Part shown: piece by piece, positions 37,907 through 46,717 of the stretch
How the letters are laid out: the number at the start of each line of letters is the position of its first letter
Numbering within the stretch: position 1 is the first letter of the stretch
DNA from: a bacterium
Lineage (GTDB): Bacteria > Desulfobacterota > DSWW01
Assembly (NCBI GenBank): GCA_040756235.1
Contig: JBFLZG010000062.1
Coordinates: 89,913-153,912 of the forward strand
Direction: 5' to 3'
Length of the DNA stretch: 64,000 nt
The notes under the pieces: generated by a model
Database searches by the model: none
Told to the model about the DNA's origin: nothing
What the model saw: the letters and a program-made list of their open reading frames with translations, nothing else
Position numbers and translations under genes: made by a program

Positions 37907-39828
37907 TCCAGGTTCCTTTGCGTCGGGGCTTCCGCGTACTTCTCGATGATTTCCTTGCCGCAGCTGCAGTTGGGCACGATCTCGTTGAGCTTGCGAATGA
38001 TCCCCACCTCGTTGCGGTCGAACACCATCCTCTCGATCTCCAGGATCTCCTTTTCGATCCAGTCGAAATCGAAGCACAGACCGTTGGCCATGAAAATCTG
38101 GCGGGAAGCCGTGGGGACCGGCGTCTCGTTGTTGTCGAACAGCTCTTCGTAGAGCTTCTCTCCGGGGCGCAGGCCCGTGAAGACGATCGGGACGTCATGC
38201 TCGGAACGTCCTGCCAGGCGAACGAGCCGTTTCGCGATCTCCACGATCTTGACCGGTCGGCCCATGTTGAGCACGAAGATCTCGCCGCCGTGCCCCATCG
38301 CGCTTGCTTGGAGCACGAGCTGGCATGCCTCCGGAATGGTCATGAAGAAGCGCACGATGTCCGGGTGTGTCACCGTGACCGGCCCCCCTTCGCGGATCTG
38401 CTCCATGAACCGGGGGATCACGCTGCCGGCGCTGTTCAGGACGTTGCCGAACCTCACGGTGATGAACTTCGTGGGGCCCCGCTGACTGAGCGTCTGCACG
38501 TACATCTCGGCCAGCCGCTTGCTGGCTCCCATGACGTTGGTCGGGTTCACGGCCTTGTCGGTGGAGATCATGATGAACTTGCGGACGCCATGTTCGCAGG
38601 CCGCCCGGGCGACGTGCCGGGTCCCGAGGATGTTGTTGTAGCCGGCTTCGATCGGGTTCAGCTCCACGACCGGCACGTGCTTGTAGGCGGCACAGTGGAA
38701 GACGATGTCGGCGCGGACTTCCCCCAGGAGGCGGGAAAATCCGTGCGCGTCGCTGATCGTGCCCAGCACGGTCCGGACCGGCTGAAAGGGGTAGCGCTCC
38801 GACAGTTCGAGCTGGATGCTGTAGAGATTCCCTTCGTAGCGATCGTAGAGCACGATGAGCTCGGGCTTGAAGCGCGCCATCTGCAGGCACAGCTCTCTGC
38901 CGATGGACCCTCCCGCTCCGGTCACGAGAATCCTGCTGCCCTTGAGGTGCTGGCCGACGGCCGACTCGTCGAGCTGAGCGGGATCGCGGTCGAGCAGGTC
39001 CTCGATGTGGAGGTCGCGGATGAAACGGCCGTTTCCGTTCTGGCTGAACACGTTGTCGAGCGGGGGCAGGATCTTGAAGCTCAAGGGCAGGTCGCCGGAG
39101 GCATCGAGCAGGTAGTTCATCACCTGATTCGAGGGCTCTCTGGAACAGAAGACCACTTCCTGTACGCCGTTCCTGCGGATGAGCCTGGGAATACCCTCGA
39201 GTTGGCTCCAGACCGGCACGCCGTTGATCCGGATGCCATGGTGCACCAGGCTCTGGTCCAGGCATGCGATCGGGAAGAACTGCCCGCTCGTGCTCCTCTT
39301 GAGGTAGTTGATGATCAGCTCCAGGTCGGGAAGGTCCCCCACGAACAGACTGCGCTTGAAAGTCCCCCTCGGGTAGAGGGACTGGCCCCACAAACGGGAG
39401 ACCATGCGCAGGCCTCCGATCAGGCACATCACGAGTAGCCAGTCGATCAGGATGATGCTCAGAGGCAGGTGCCACGCGCTGAGGAGCGGCTTGAGGGGCA
39501 GCAAGAGGAGCGATCCGAGCGTGATGGCCTTGGCCAGAGTGACCAGGTCGTAGAAGGAGACGCGCCGGACCATCCCCTGGAAAGCCCGAAAGAGCAGAAA
39601 GGCGGCGGTGCGAACGGTCACGGTCAGCGCGATCACGAGCGGAAGGGTCGCGCTGTAGAGCTCCGGGATCTCCCACTCGAAGCGGAGCAGGAACGCCCAG
39701 TACATGGAAAGAGCGAAGAGCATCATGTGGACCGGGAGGATCAGGACCAAGCGATACTTCACGAACGGCGAAGAGAGCGCCCAATCGTGAGGGCCCCTTG
39801 TCAGCAGCCTGCCCTGGAAACCGGCCAT
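37870..39828 (-). CDS. Membrane-bound UDP-sugar 4,6-dehydratase (PglF/CapD-type)
   Basis: N-terminal TMs; TGAGGSIG.EL, AAYKHV, STDKAV.PTNVMGASKR, RFGNV..S.GSV, GLRPGEKLYEEL. Confidence 0.95.
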   Translation of the reverse strand: MAGFQGRLLTRGPHDWALSSPFVKYRLVLILPVHMMLFALSMYWAFLLRFEWEIPELYSATLPLVIALTVTVRTAAFLLFRAFQGMVRRVSFYDLVTLAKAITLGSLLLLPLKPLLSAWHLPLSIILIDWLLVMCLIGGLRMVSRLWGQSLYPRGTFKRSLFVGDLPDLELIINYLKRSTSGQFFPIACLDQSLVHHGIRINGVPVWSQLEGIPRLIRRNGVQEVVFCSREPSNQVMNYLLDASGDLPLSFKILPPLDNVFSQNGNGRFIRDLHIEDLLDRDPAQLDESAVGQHLKGSRILVTGAGGSIGRELCLQMARFKPELIVLYDRYEGNLYSIQLELSERYPFQPVRTVLGTISDAHGFSRLLGEVRADIVFHCAAYKHVPVVELNPIEAGYNNILGTRHVARAACEHGVRKFIMISTDKAVNPTNVMGASKRLAEMYVQTLSQRGPTKFITVRFGNVLNSAGSVIPRFMEQIREGGPVTVTHPDIVRFFMTIPEACQLVLQASAMGHGGEIFVLNMGRPVKIVEIAKRLVRLAGRSEHDVPIVFTGLRPGEKLYEELFDNNETPVPTASRQIFMANGLCFDFDWIEKEILEIERMVFDRNEVGIIRKLNEIVPNCSCGKEIIEKYAEAPTQRNLEWAVPRTEESLS

Positions 39829-39831
39829 CGC

Positions 39832-41031
39832 CTACCTCTTGAATCGATCCACGAGTTCCGTCACGGCTTCCGCCACTTCGACCGTCTCTTCGTCCGTCAT
39901 CCTGGGATAGATCGGAAGGGAGACGCACTTCGCGTAAAAATCTTCTGCTACCGGAAAGGCGCCGGGTCGGTAGCCGAAATGGTTCTGATAGAACGGATGC
40001 AGATGGAGGGGAATGAAATGAACGCTGGAGCCGATGTTGCAGCCCTTCAGCTCCTCGATAAACCGCGCCCTGTCGATGCTGAGCCTCTCGAGATCGAGCA
40101 GGATCGGATACAAATGCCAGGCGTGCCGCATGGCTCCATGCGGCGTGCCGCAGGAAGTGCGCGTGCTCTCGGGGAGATCGATCCCGGGGCATCCGGAAAA
40201 CGCGTCCGTGTAGCGCCGGGCAACCGCTTCTCGCCGCCGCAGGAAGTCGTCGCACTTGCGGAGCTGTTGGATGCCGAGCGAAGAAGCGATGTCCGACAGG
40301 TTGTACTTGTACCCCAGGCGGGCGATTTCGTAGTACCAGCTGCCGCCCTTGGCATAGCGCTTCCAGGCGTCCTGGGTGATCCCGTGCAGGCTCATCATGC
40401 GCATCGCGGACGCCCAATCCTGATTGGCCGTGGTGAGCATGCCTCCTTCGCCGGTCGTGATCGTCTTGGTCGCATAGAAACTGAAGGCGGTCACGTCGGC
40501 AAGGGTGCCGACCATGCGGCCTTTGTAAAAGGTGGGAAGGGCGTGGGCCGCGTCGTCGATCACCGCCACCCGGTAGCGCTTGGAAAGATCCATGAGCGGA
40601 TCCATGTCGCAGGGATAACCGCCGTAGTGGACCGGGAGGATCGCGCGAATCGTACGGCCCTCACGGCCGGCTCGAAGCACGGCCTCCACCGCCTCGACGT
40701 CGATCGTCAGCGTCCGGGGATTGACGTCGACGAAGCGTGGAATCCCGCCGAGGTAACAGACGACTTCGGCGCTTGCGGCAAACGTCAAGGTGGGGACGAT
40801 GACTTCCTCCCCGGCCCGCAGACCCATGGCAGCAAGAGCCAGATGGAGGGCTGCCGTGCCCGAGCTTACGGCAACCGCATAACGTGCGCCGGTGTAACGG
40901 CAGAAGTCGTCTTCGAATCGGGCGGTCTTGGAGCCGGTGGTGAGCCAGCCCGAGCGAAGGGTGTCGACGACTTCCGCGACCTCCTCCTCGCCGATGGAAG
41001 GGATGTGGAAAGGCAGATAGACAGATCTCAA
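39832..41031 (-). CDS. DegT/DnrJ/EryC1/StrS aminotransferase
   Basis: SGWLTTG, SSGTAALH, DDAAHA, SFYATKTITTGEGGM (PLP lysine), SLPIYP; probable TTG start after GAGGTG. Confidence 0.95.
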   Translation of the reverse strand: MRSVYLPFHIPSIGEEEVAEVVDTLRSGWLTTGSKTARFEDDFCRYTGARYAVAVSSGTAALHLALAAMGLRAGEEVIVPTLTFAASAEVVCYLGGIPRFVDVNPRTLTIDVEAVEAVLRAGREGRTIRAILPVHYGGYPCDMDPLMDLSKRYRVAVIDDAAHALPTFYKGRMVGTLADVTAFSFYATKTITTGEGGMLTTANQDWASAMRMMSLHGITQDAWKRYAKGGSWYYEIARLGYKYNLSDIASSLGIQQLRKCDDFLRRREAVARRYTDAFSGCPGIDLPESTRTSCGTPHGAMRHAWHLYPILLDLERLSIDRARFIEELKGCNIGSSVHFIPLHLHPFYQNHFGYRPGAFPVAEDFYAKCVSLPIYPRMTDEETVEVAEAVTELVDRFKR

Positions 41032-41081
41032 GCAGCACCTCGTTCTACTGAAGTCCCCATTCAACCCCAGACCAGGTTTTC

Positions 41082-41097
41082 AGCAATATATATGCCG
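41082..41097 (-). promoter_or_regulatory. Sigma-54 (-24/-12) promoter heading the EPS operon
   Basis: Minus strand CGGCAT-ATATA-TTGCT (GG-N10-GC), about 50 nt before the DegT start, with AT-rich DNA upstream. Confidence 0.7.
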
Positions 41098-41522
41098 TGC
41101 GGCAAATGGGAGGGCATTCCAGGTTGGTGGCGGTAAACTGCGAGCTACAACTAGGGATTTGCAGTCGATCTGAATCGCCCCCCGCACGCGTGTCTGACTT
41201 AACCATTTGATGCAGAATTCGAAATCCAGGTAGCTCTATTTTCTTTAATCGAGGCATAATATTATCTCGCGCGGCCCGCACCAGGCGCAGCATGCGTTTG
41301 TCCCGAACCACATTCTGAGCAAACATTTTCACAAATTCGAAAAAAGGTTTCATTGTTCTTGTTCCGCATGTGCGAATCGTACATCGGGCCGGAGGCGTTC
41401 CTGCCCTCGCGCCCCTCGCTCGACTGCAACTGTTGACTGGTTTCCCCGGAGATGCTTTTCTGGATGGCCCGCCGGGGACGCTCCGGTGCGTTTGCAGGGG
41501 GACACAAGGGAACAGGGAGGCC

Positions 41523-43394
41523 TTGTTGCTGAAGAAAAGACTGCTGCTCGGAAACGAAGCGATCGCGCGCGGGCTCATCGAGAACGGATGCAGCGTGGCG
41601 ACGAGCTATCCGGGCACGCCGGCGTCGGAGATCCTCGCCTCCGTGGCGCAGTGGCGGGCCGCGGCCCAAGGCTCCGTGCATGTTCAGTGGGCGATCAACG
41701 AGAAGGTCGCCTTCGAGATCGCCTACGCGGCCGCCATGGCTGGCCGGCGTGCGGCTGTGAGCATGAAGCAGGTGGGCCTGAACGTCGCCTCGGATCCTTT
41801 GATGAGCTCTGCCTATATGGGTACAAAGGGCGGCTTCATCGTCATTGCAGCGGACGACCCCGGCCCCCATTCCTCGCAGACGGAGCAGGACAGCCGGATG
41901 ATGGCGATGCTGGCCAGGGTGCCGGTTCTCGATCCTGCCTCGCCCGGTCAGGCGAAGGAAATGATCGCACTGGCGTATGGCCTCTCGGAGGCTTTCGAGA
42001 TCCCGGTCATGGTCCGGCCGACCACCCGGGTGTGCCACGCGCGGCAGGACGTCGCATTGAAGGAGACTGTCGGCTCGGCCCGGCCCGTGAGCTTCGACCG
42101 GGACCCCCGGCGCTGGGCTGCCACGCCCGGCTACCGTGCGGTGCTGCACCGGCGGCTGGAGGAGAAGCTCACCCGGATCGGAGCTTATCGGCGCACGGCT
42201 CCGGTGCGTTTGAACCCGCGCGCCAAAGGGGACAGGGCGGTGGTGGCTGCGGGCGTGGCCGCCGCGCATGCGACCGAGGCTCTGAAAGAGCTGGGACTTT
42301 GGAAAGAGCTGCCCCTGTATCAGGTCCTGCAGCCCTATCCGCTGCACGAAGCGTTCGTCTCTCACCTGCTGCGGTCGTATGCAGACATTCTGGTGCTGGA
42401 GGAGACCTCGGGTGTCATCGAGATGCAGATCGCGGACCGCGGTCGGGTCCGCGGAAAGCTGACCCGGGCCGTGTCCCGGGTCGGCGAGATCCTTCCGGGA
42501 GCGGTCTTCGAGACGATCGGCGCCTTCGGCGGCCGGCGGGTGGAATCGAGGGTTGAACCCTCTCCCGGCGGGAGGCGGCCCACCCTGTGCCCCGGATGCC
42601 CGCACCGAGCGGCCTTCTTCGCGATCAAGAGGGCTGCGCCGAAGGCCCTCTACACCAGCGACATCGGCTGCTATACGCTCGGGCTGAACCTGGGGGCGGT
42701 CGATACGGTGCTGTGCATGGGAGCCGCCATCGGTCAGGCGGAGGGTTTCTATCAGGCATTCAAGCACGAGAAGAAGCGGCCCGACATCGTTGCCACCATC
42801 GGCGACTCCACCTTCTTTCATGCCGGGATCCCGGCTCTGGTGGATGCCGTGGTTCAGCAGGTGCGCCTGGTGCTGGTCATTCTGGACAACGGCACCACGG
42901 CCATGACCGGCAACCAGCCCACTCCCGCCTCGGGCTTCGGAGCCGGCGGCGAGCCCCTGACATGCGTGTCCCTCGAGCAGGTCGTGCGCGGCTGCGGCGT
43001 GCGGTTCTGTCGTGTGGGCGACCCGTACAAGGTGAAGAATTTCACGGCCCTGATCCGGGAGGCCCTCCGGCACGGCCGCGAGCAGGGCCCGGCGGTGGTG
43101 ATCGCCAGGCGTCCCTGCCCGTTGGCGGGCGGCCGCGGGGGGAGGTCCGGGGGCCGCGCGCAGGCGGCCGTGGACGAGGGCTGCAACGGCTGCGGCTACT
43201 GCCTGGAGCAGTTCGAATGTCCGGCGCTCTCGCTGCGGGCAGGGACCGACAGAGTCGGGGTGGACAGAGAACTTTGCACCGGGTGCGGCGTGTGCGTGGA
43301 GGTCTGCCCGAAGGGACACATTCGGATGGATGCGGGCGCTCGCAGGGCGCGGGCCATGGACGACCCGAGTCAAGTCCTGAGGAATGAGGCGTAA
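41523..43394 (+). CDS. iorA: Indolepyruvate:ferredoxin oxidoreductase alpha subunit
   Basis: GNEAIARG, YPGTPASEI, NEKVA, MKQVGLNVA, DDP..HSSQ.EQD.R, LC.GCPHR, DIGCY, GDSTF.H.G, LDN..TAMTG.QP, two CxxCxxC ferredoxin motifs; TTG start after GGGAGG. Confidence 0.95.
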   Translation: MLLKKRLLLGNEAIARGLIENGCSVATSYPGTPASEILASVAQWRAAAQGSVHVQWAINEKVAFEIAYAAAMAGRRAAVSMKQVGLNVASDPLMSSAYMGTKGGFIVIAADDPGPHSSQTEQDSRMMAMLARVPVLDPASPGQAKEMIALAYGLSEAFEIPVMVRPTTRVCHARQDVALKETVGSARPVSFDRDPRRWAATPGYRAVLHRRLEEKLTRIGAYRRTAPVRLNPRAKGDRAVVAAGVAAAHATEALKELGLWKELPLYQVLQPYPLHEAFVSHLLRSYADILVLEETSGVIEMQIADRGRVRGKLTRAVSRVGEILPGAVFETIGAFGGRRVESRVEPSPGGRRPTLCPGCPHRAAFFAIKRAAPKALYTSDIGCYTLGLNLGAVDTVLCMGAAIGQAEGFYQAFKHEKKRPDIVATIGDSTFFHAGIPALVDAVVQQVRLVLVILDNGTTAMTGNQPTPASGFGAGGEPLTCVSLEQVVRGCGVRFCRVGDPYKVKNFTALIREALRHGREQGPAVVIARRPCPLAGGRGGRSGGRAQAAVDEGCNGCGYCLEQFECPALSLRAGTDRVGVDRELCTGCGVCVEVCPKGHIRMDAGARRARAMDDPSQVLRNEA

Positions 43395-43493
43395 TCGGGA
43401 GTCACCGTGGACCCCGGCCTGCGCCGGGGCAGGCTCTCTCGCCTCCATTCCTCATGAGCGCAACGCCGCAGATGGCCGTTTATCGACAGTCTC
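43324..43493 (+). mobile_element. MITE-like repeat, copy D (overlaps the iorA 3' end)
   Basis: Near-identical to copy E across GGGCCATGGACG.CCCGAGTCAA.TCCTGAGGAATGAGGCGTA and GCAACGCCGCAGATGG.CGTTTATCGAC. Confidence 0.75.
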
Positions 43494-43509
43494 TCATGCG
43501 GGGGTGGAG

Positions 43510-44061
43510 TTGAAGCAGCAAATCCTCGTGGGCGGCATCGGGGGCCAGGGGGTCCTGTTCGTGACCGGGCTCCTGGCGGAGGCCGCGATCCGGAGAGGAT
43601 TTCCGGTTTTGGCGAGCGAGACCCACGGGATGGCGCAACGAGGCGGCGCAGTTGTCAGCCATTTGAAAGTCGGGCGCTTCTTCAGCCCCATGATCCGGCC
43701 CTTGCAGGCCGACGGGCTCCTGGCTCTGGTGCCCGAGAGCGTTGCGCAGCAGGCACCCTACATCAAACCGGATGGCTGGATCGTTGCCAATCAGGCGGGC
43801 CCCGCGGGGGGCCAGAAGGGAAGGGCCGTCTTCGCCTTGGATGCCGCGCGAGTGGCACGGGAGGTGGGGAGCCCCAAGTCCGTCAACCTCGTTCTCGTCG
43901 GGTATGCGGTTGCCAGGCTGTCTGAGATGCGCAAGCCTGGCAGGCGCATGTTCTGTTCTCTGGAGGACCTCGAAGAGGTCGTGAGGGAGCGTCTGGCAGG
44001 GCGAAAGGACCTGCTGGAGGCGTGTCTTCGTGCGCTCGAAGCCGGCTACCGGGCTCGGTGA
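43510..44061 (+). CDS. iorB: Indolepyruvate:ferredoxin oxidoreductase beta subunit
   Basis: GIGGQG, ETHGMAQRGG.V..H, SP.I, N.VL.G; start set at TTG 43510 because the upstream in-frame extension is repeat DNA. Confidence 0.92.
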   Translation: MKQQILVGGIGGQGVLFVTGLLAEAAIRRGFPVLASETHGMAQRGGAVVSHLKVGRFFSPMIRPLQADGLLALVPESVAQQAPYIKPDGWIVANQAGPAGGQKGRAVFALDAARVAREVGSPKSVNLVLVGYAVARLSEMRKPGRRMFCSLEDLEEVVRERLAGRKDLLEACLRALEAGYRAR

Positions 44062-44083
44062 GACCGGCCGTGGAGTCCCCGTC

Positions 44084-45385
44084 ATGAGGTTCATCCCTCC
44101 CGATCTGCCCAAGGAAAGACTGGAAACGATACAACTGGAGGGACTGCGCTGGACGGTGCGCCACGCCTACCGGAACTCACCGTCCTACAGGGCGAAGTTC
44201 GATGAGGCCGGGGTGCATCCGGAGACGATCCGGTCGCTGGACGATCTCACCAGGCTGCCCTTCACGGACAAGGACGATCTCCTGGAGGGATACCCGTTTC
44301 CGTTCCGCTCCGTTCCCTTTGAGAAGATCGTGCGGATTCACGCCTCCTCGGGCACCACGGGGAAGCGCAAGGTGCTCTGCTACACGGCCCGGGACGTCGA
44401 AGTCTGGGCGGACCTGTTCGCCAGGTGCTATGAAATGGCAGGTCTGAAGCGGGAGGACCGCGTGCAGATCGCGGTCGGTTACGGGCTCTGGACGGCCGGG
44501 GCCGGGTTCCAGGCCGGCTGCGAGCGATTCGGCGCGGTCGCGGTCCCTGTGGGCCCTGCGAACACGGACATGCATTGCGAGATGATGGTGGACCTGGAGA
44601 CGACGGTCTTTTGCTCCACGGCGTCCATGGCCCTGCTGATGGCGGAGGAAGTCCACAGGCGCGGGCTCGCGCCGCGCATCCGGCTGAAGAAGATCATCCT
44701 CGGTGCAGAGCGGCACAGCGAATCTCAGCGGGCGCGGATTCGGGAGCTGATGGGGTTGGAGGAGGTCTACGATATCTACGGCCTGACCGAGCTCTATGGC
44801 CCCGGCACGGGTCTGGACTGCCGGCTCCACGCGGGCATTCATTACTGGGCGGATCACTTCCTCTTCGAGATCGTGGACCCGGTTACCTTGCTGCCGGTTC
44901 CCGCGGGGCGGGAAGGGGAGCTGGTGGTGACCACCCTGCGCAAGGAGGGGACCCCCATGATCCGGTATCGCACGCATGACGTGACGCGCTTCCTGGAAGG
45001 CGAGTGCCCGTGCGGGGTTCCCTTCCCAAAGCACGACCGGATCCTGGGCCGCACCGATGACATGTTCATCTATAGAGCGGTCAACATCTATCCGAGCCAG
45101 ATCGACCACGTCCTGAGCTCGATAGCGGGCCTCGGCAGCGAATACCAGATCCATCTGAGGCACGAAGAGAGCGGCCGGGACCGGATGCTCGTGCGGGTGG
45201 AACGGGCCATGGACGCGAACCGCGGCGATGACGCTCACCTGAGCGGGATCGTTGCCGCCGAGATACGTCACAAGATACTGGTCCGGAGCGACGTCGAGAT
45301 CGTGGATTACGGCTCCCTGCCTCGCACCGAGCGCAAGAGCCGGCGGGTGTTCGACTCCCGCGAGCCGTCACCGACGAGCTACTGA
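44084..45385 (+). CDS. paaK: Phenylacetate-CoA ligase family protein
   Basis: LPFTDK.DL...YPF, HASSGTTGK, YGLWT.G.G, IYGLTE..GPG, GELV.TTL, RYRT.D, GRTDDM....VN.YPSQ. Confidence 0.92.
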   Translation: MRFIPPDLPKERLETIQLEGLRWTVRHAYRNSPSYRAKFDEAGVHPETIRSLDDLTRLPFTDKDDLLEGYPFPFRSVPFEKIVRIHASSGTTGKRKVLCYTARDVEVWADLFARCYEMAGLKREDRVQIAVGYGLWTAGAGFQAGCERFGAVAVPVGPANTDMHCEMMVDLETTVFCSTASMALLMAEEVHRRGLAPRIRLKKIILGAERHSESQRARIRELMGLEEVYDIYGLTELYGPGTGLDCRLHAGIHYWADHFLFEIVDPVTLLPVPAGREGELVVTTLRKEGTPMIRYRTHDVTRFLEGECPCGVPFPKHDRILGRTDDMFIYRAVNIYPSQIDHVLSSIAGLGSEYQIHLRHEESGRDRMLVRVERAMDANRGDDAHLSGIVAAEIRHKILVRSDVEIVDYGSLPRTERKSRRVFDSREPSPTSY

Positions 45386-45395
45386 CCGGTCATTT
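45380..45395. promoter_or_regulatory. Putative TetR operator, distal copy
   Basis: TACTGACCGGTCATTT, exact reverse complement of 45587-45602; core palindrome TGACCGGTCA. Confidence 0.6.
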
Positions 45396-45547
45396 TTAAG
45401 TGCCAAGTTCCCCGAAGATCCCACCTGAGGTCCAACGCTCCTTCGCGCACGCCGTTACGTTCAACATCCATGAGTTCCTGTAGACAGGTTTTCGCGAGCG
45501 CCCGAAAAGGTTTGACGTGATGCGTCAAATCGGATCTAATTTTTGGA

Positions 45548-45576
45548 TTGACACACCTGACCCGGTGCAATAGCAT
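45548..45576 (+). promoter_or_regulatory. Sigma-70-type promoter of the TetR gene
   Basis: TTGACA-17 nt-TAGCAT; a TATAAT also lies at 45579-45584. Confidence 0.6.
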
Positions 45577-45586
45577 AATATAATGT

Positions 45587-45602
45587 AAATGACCGGTCAG
45601 TA
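45587..45602. promoter_or_regulatory. Putative TetR operator, proximal copy
   Basis: AAATGACCGGTCAGTA between the promoter and the RBS of the TetR gene. Confidence 0.7.
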
Positions 45603-45613
45603 TAGAGGGGCGC

Positions 45614-46714
45614 ATGAAAGAGAAAGTGAGAAGGGAGATCCGTGAGGTCATCACCAGGGCCGAGCCTCACAAGGACGTTTTCATCCTGAGGCCCCTGAAG
45701 CAGATCCTGAAGAAGGAGCTGTCCCTCGGGGAAGATCCGGAGGACGCGGAGGAGATCATCAAGGACTTCCTCGAGGAGGTGACCGACGCCTATGAGGCCT
45801 CCAAGCTCCGGTCCAAGAGCCTCCTCAGGGAGCTCTTCATGGAGAGCATCGAGCTCGGAAAGAAGATGGGCGTGGAAAGTGGAGAGTTGGCCAGAGAGCT
45901 CCTCTATTTCAGCCTCCGCGACTCCGAAGCGGACCGGGGAAAGAGGGCTCGCAAGACCCAGGACAAGCGCGAGCGCATCCTCCAGGCGGCCCTGAAGGTC
46001 ATTTCGGAAAACGGGTATCAAACAGCCACCATGGAGATGATCGCCGAGGGTGCAGGGGTCTCCAAGGGGCTGGTCTACAGGTACTACGAATCGAAGGAAG
46101 CCCTGGTCCAGGAGCTGGTCGATTCCATGTTCGACCGCCTGGCGCAGCAGGTGAACGACAGCGTCCACCAGGACCTGGATGCACTGGACCTCATCCAGCT
46201 GCACGTGCGGAACTACCTCGAGTTCATCGAGCGCAACAAAGAATTCTATACCATGATGCTGAACGCCAGGAACATCATGGGGCCCGCGGACCGGGCCCAT
46301 TACTACACGCGCGTCCTGGAGCACGCTCCGGGGATGAAGCACAAGATCGTCGAGGCCGCCCAGCAGGGCAAGATCAAGTTCACGAGCTTCTTCACGGTGT
46401 ACTACGGCGTCATGGGATTCCTGGACGGCGTGATCCACAAGTGGCTTCGATCGAACTGCTCTTACTCCCTCGTGAACGAGATTCCCGTCATATTGGAGAC
46501 GCTGTTCTACGGCATGGTGACCGACGAATACGCGAGCAAACACCGCGTGCCGTACATGGAGTGGGCCAAGGCGGCTCTGCCGCCCGCGGCCGAAAAGCTG
46601 GAACCGGAGGGGGCATCGGACGCGGTTGCAGCCGTTGCACCGTCGGCGGCCGAGGAAGCCCAGGTGATATCGGAGCATCCGGAGAATCCAAACCCATCCC
46701 CTTTGCGGAGGTGA
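45614..46714 (+). CDS. TetR/AcrR family regulator with long N-terminal extension
   Basis: RERILQAAL.V....GY..AT...IA..AGVSKG.VY.Y..SKE.L helix-turn-helix begins only about 115 residues in. Confidence 0.9.
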   Translation: MKEKVRREIREVITRAEPHKDVFILRPLKQILKKELSLGEDPEDAEEIIKDFLEEVTDAYEASKLRSKSLLRELFMESIELGKKMGVESGELARELLYFSLRDSEADRGKRARKTQDKRERILQAALKVISENGYQTATMEMIAEGAGVSKGLVYRYYESKEALVQELVDSMFDRLAQQVNDSVHQDLDALDLIQLHVRNYLEFIERNKEFYTMMLNARNIMGPADRAHYYTRVLEHAPGMKHKIVEAAQQGKIKFTSFFTVYYGVMGFLDGVIHKWLRSNCSYSLVNEIPVILETLFYGMVTDEYASKHRVPYMEWAKAALPPAAEKLEPEGASDAVAAVAPSAAEEAQVISEHPENPNPSPLRR

Positions 46715-46717
46715 GAC

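Noticed and set aside
41317..41334. Possible Rex operator (ends TTCACAA) upstream of iorA
   Set aside because: Only the right half-site matches TTGTGAA-N4-TTCACAA; the left half matches 3 of 7.
43384..43509. N-terminal extension of IorB in the ORF track
   Set aside because: Encoded by repeat DNA; IorB homology begins at KQQILVGGIGGQG.
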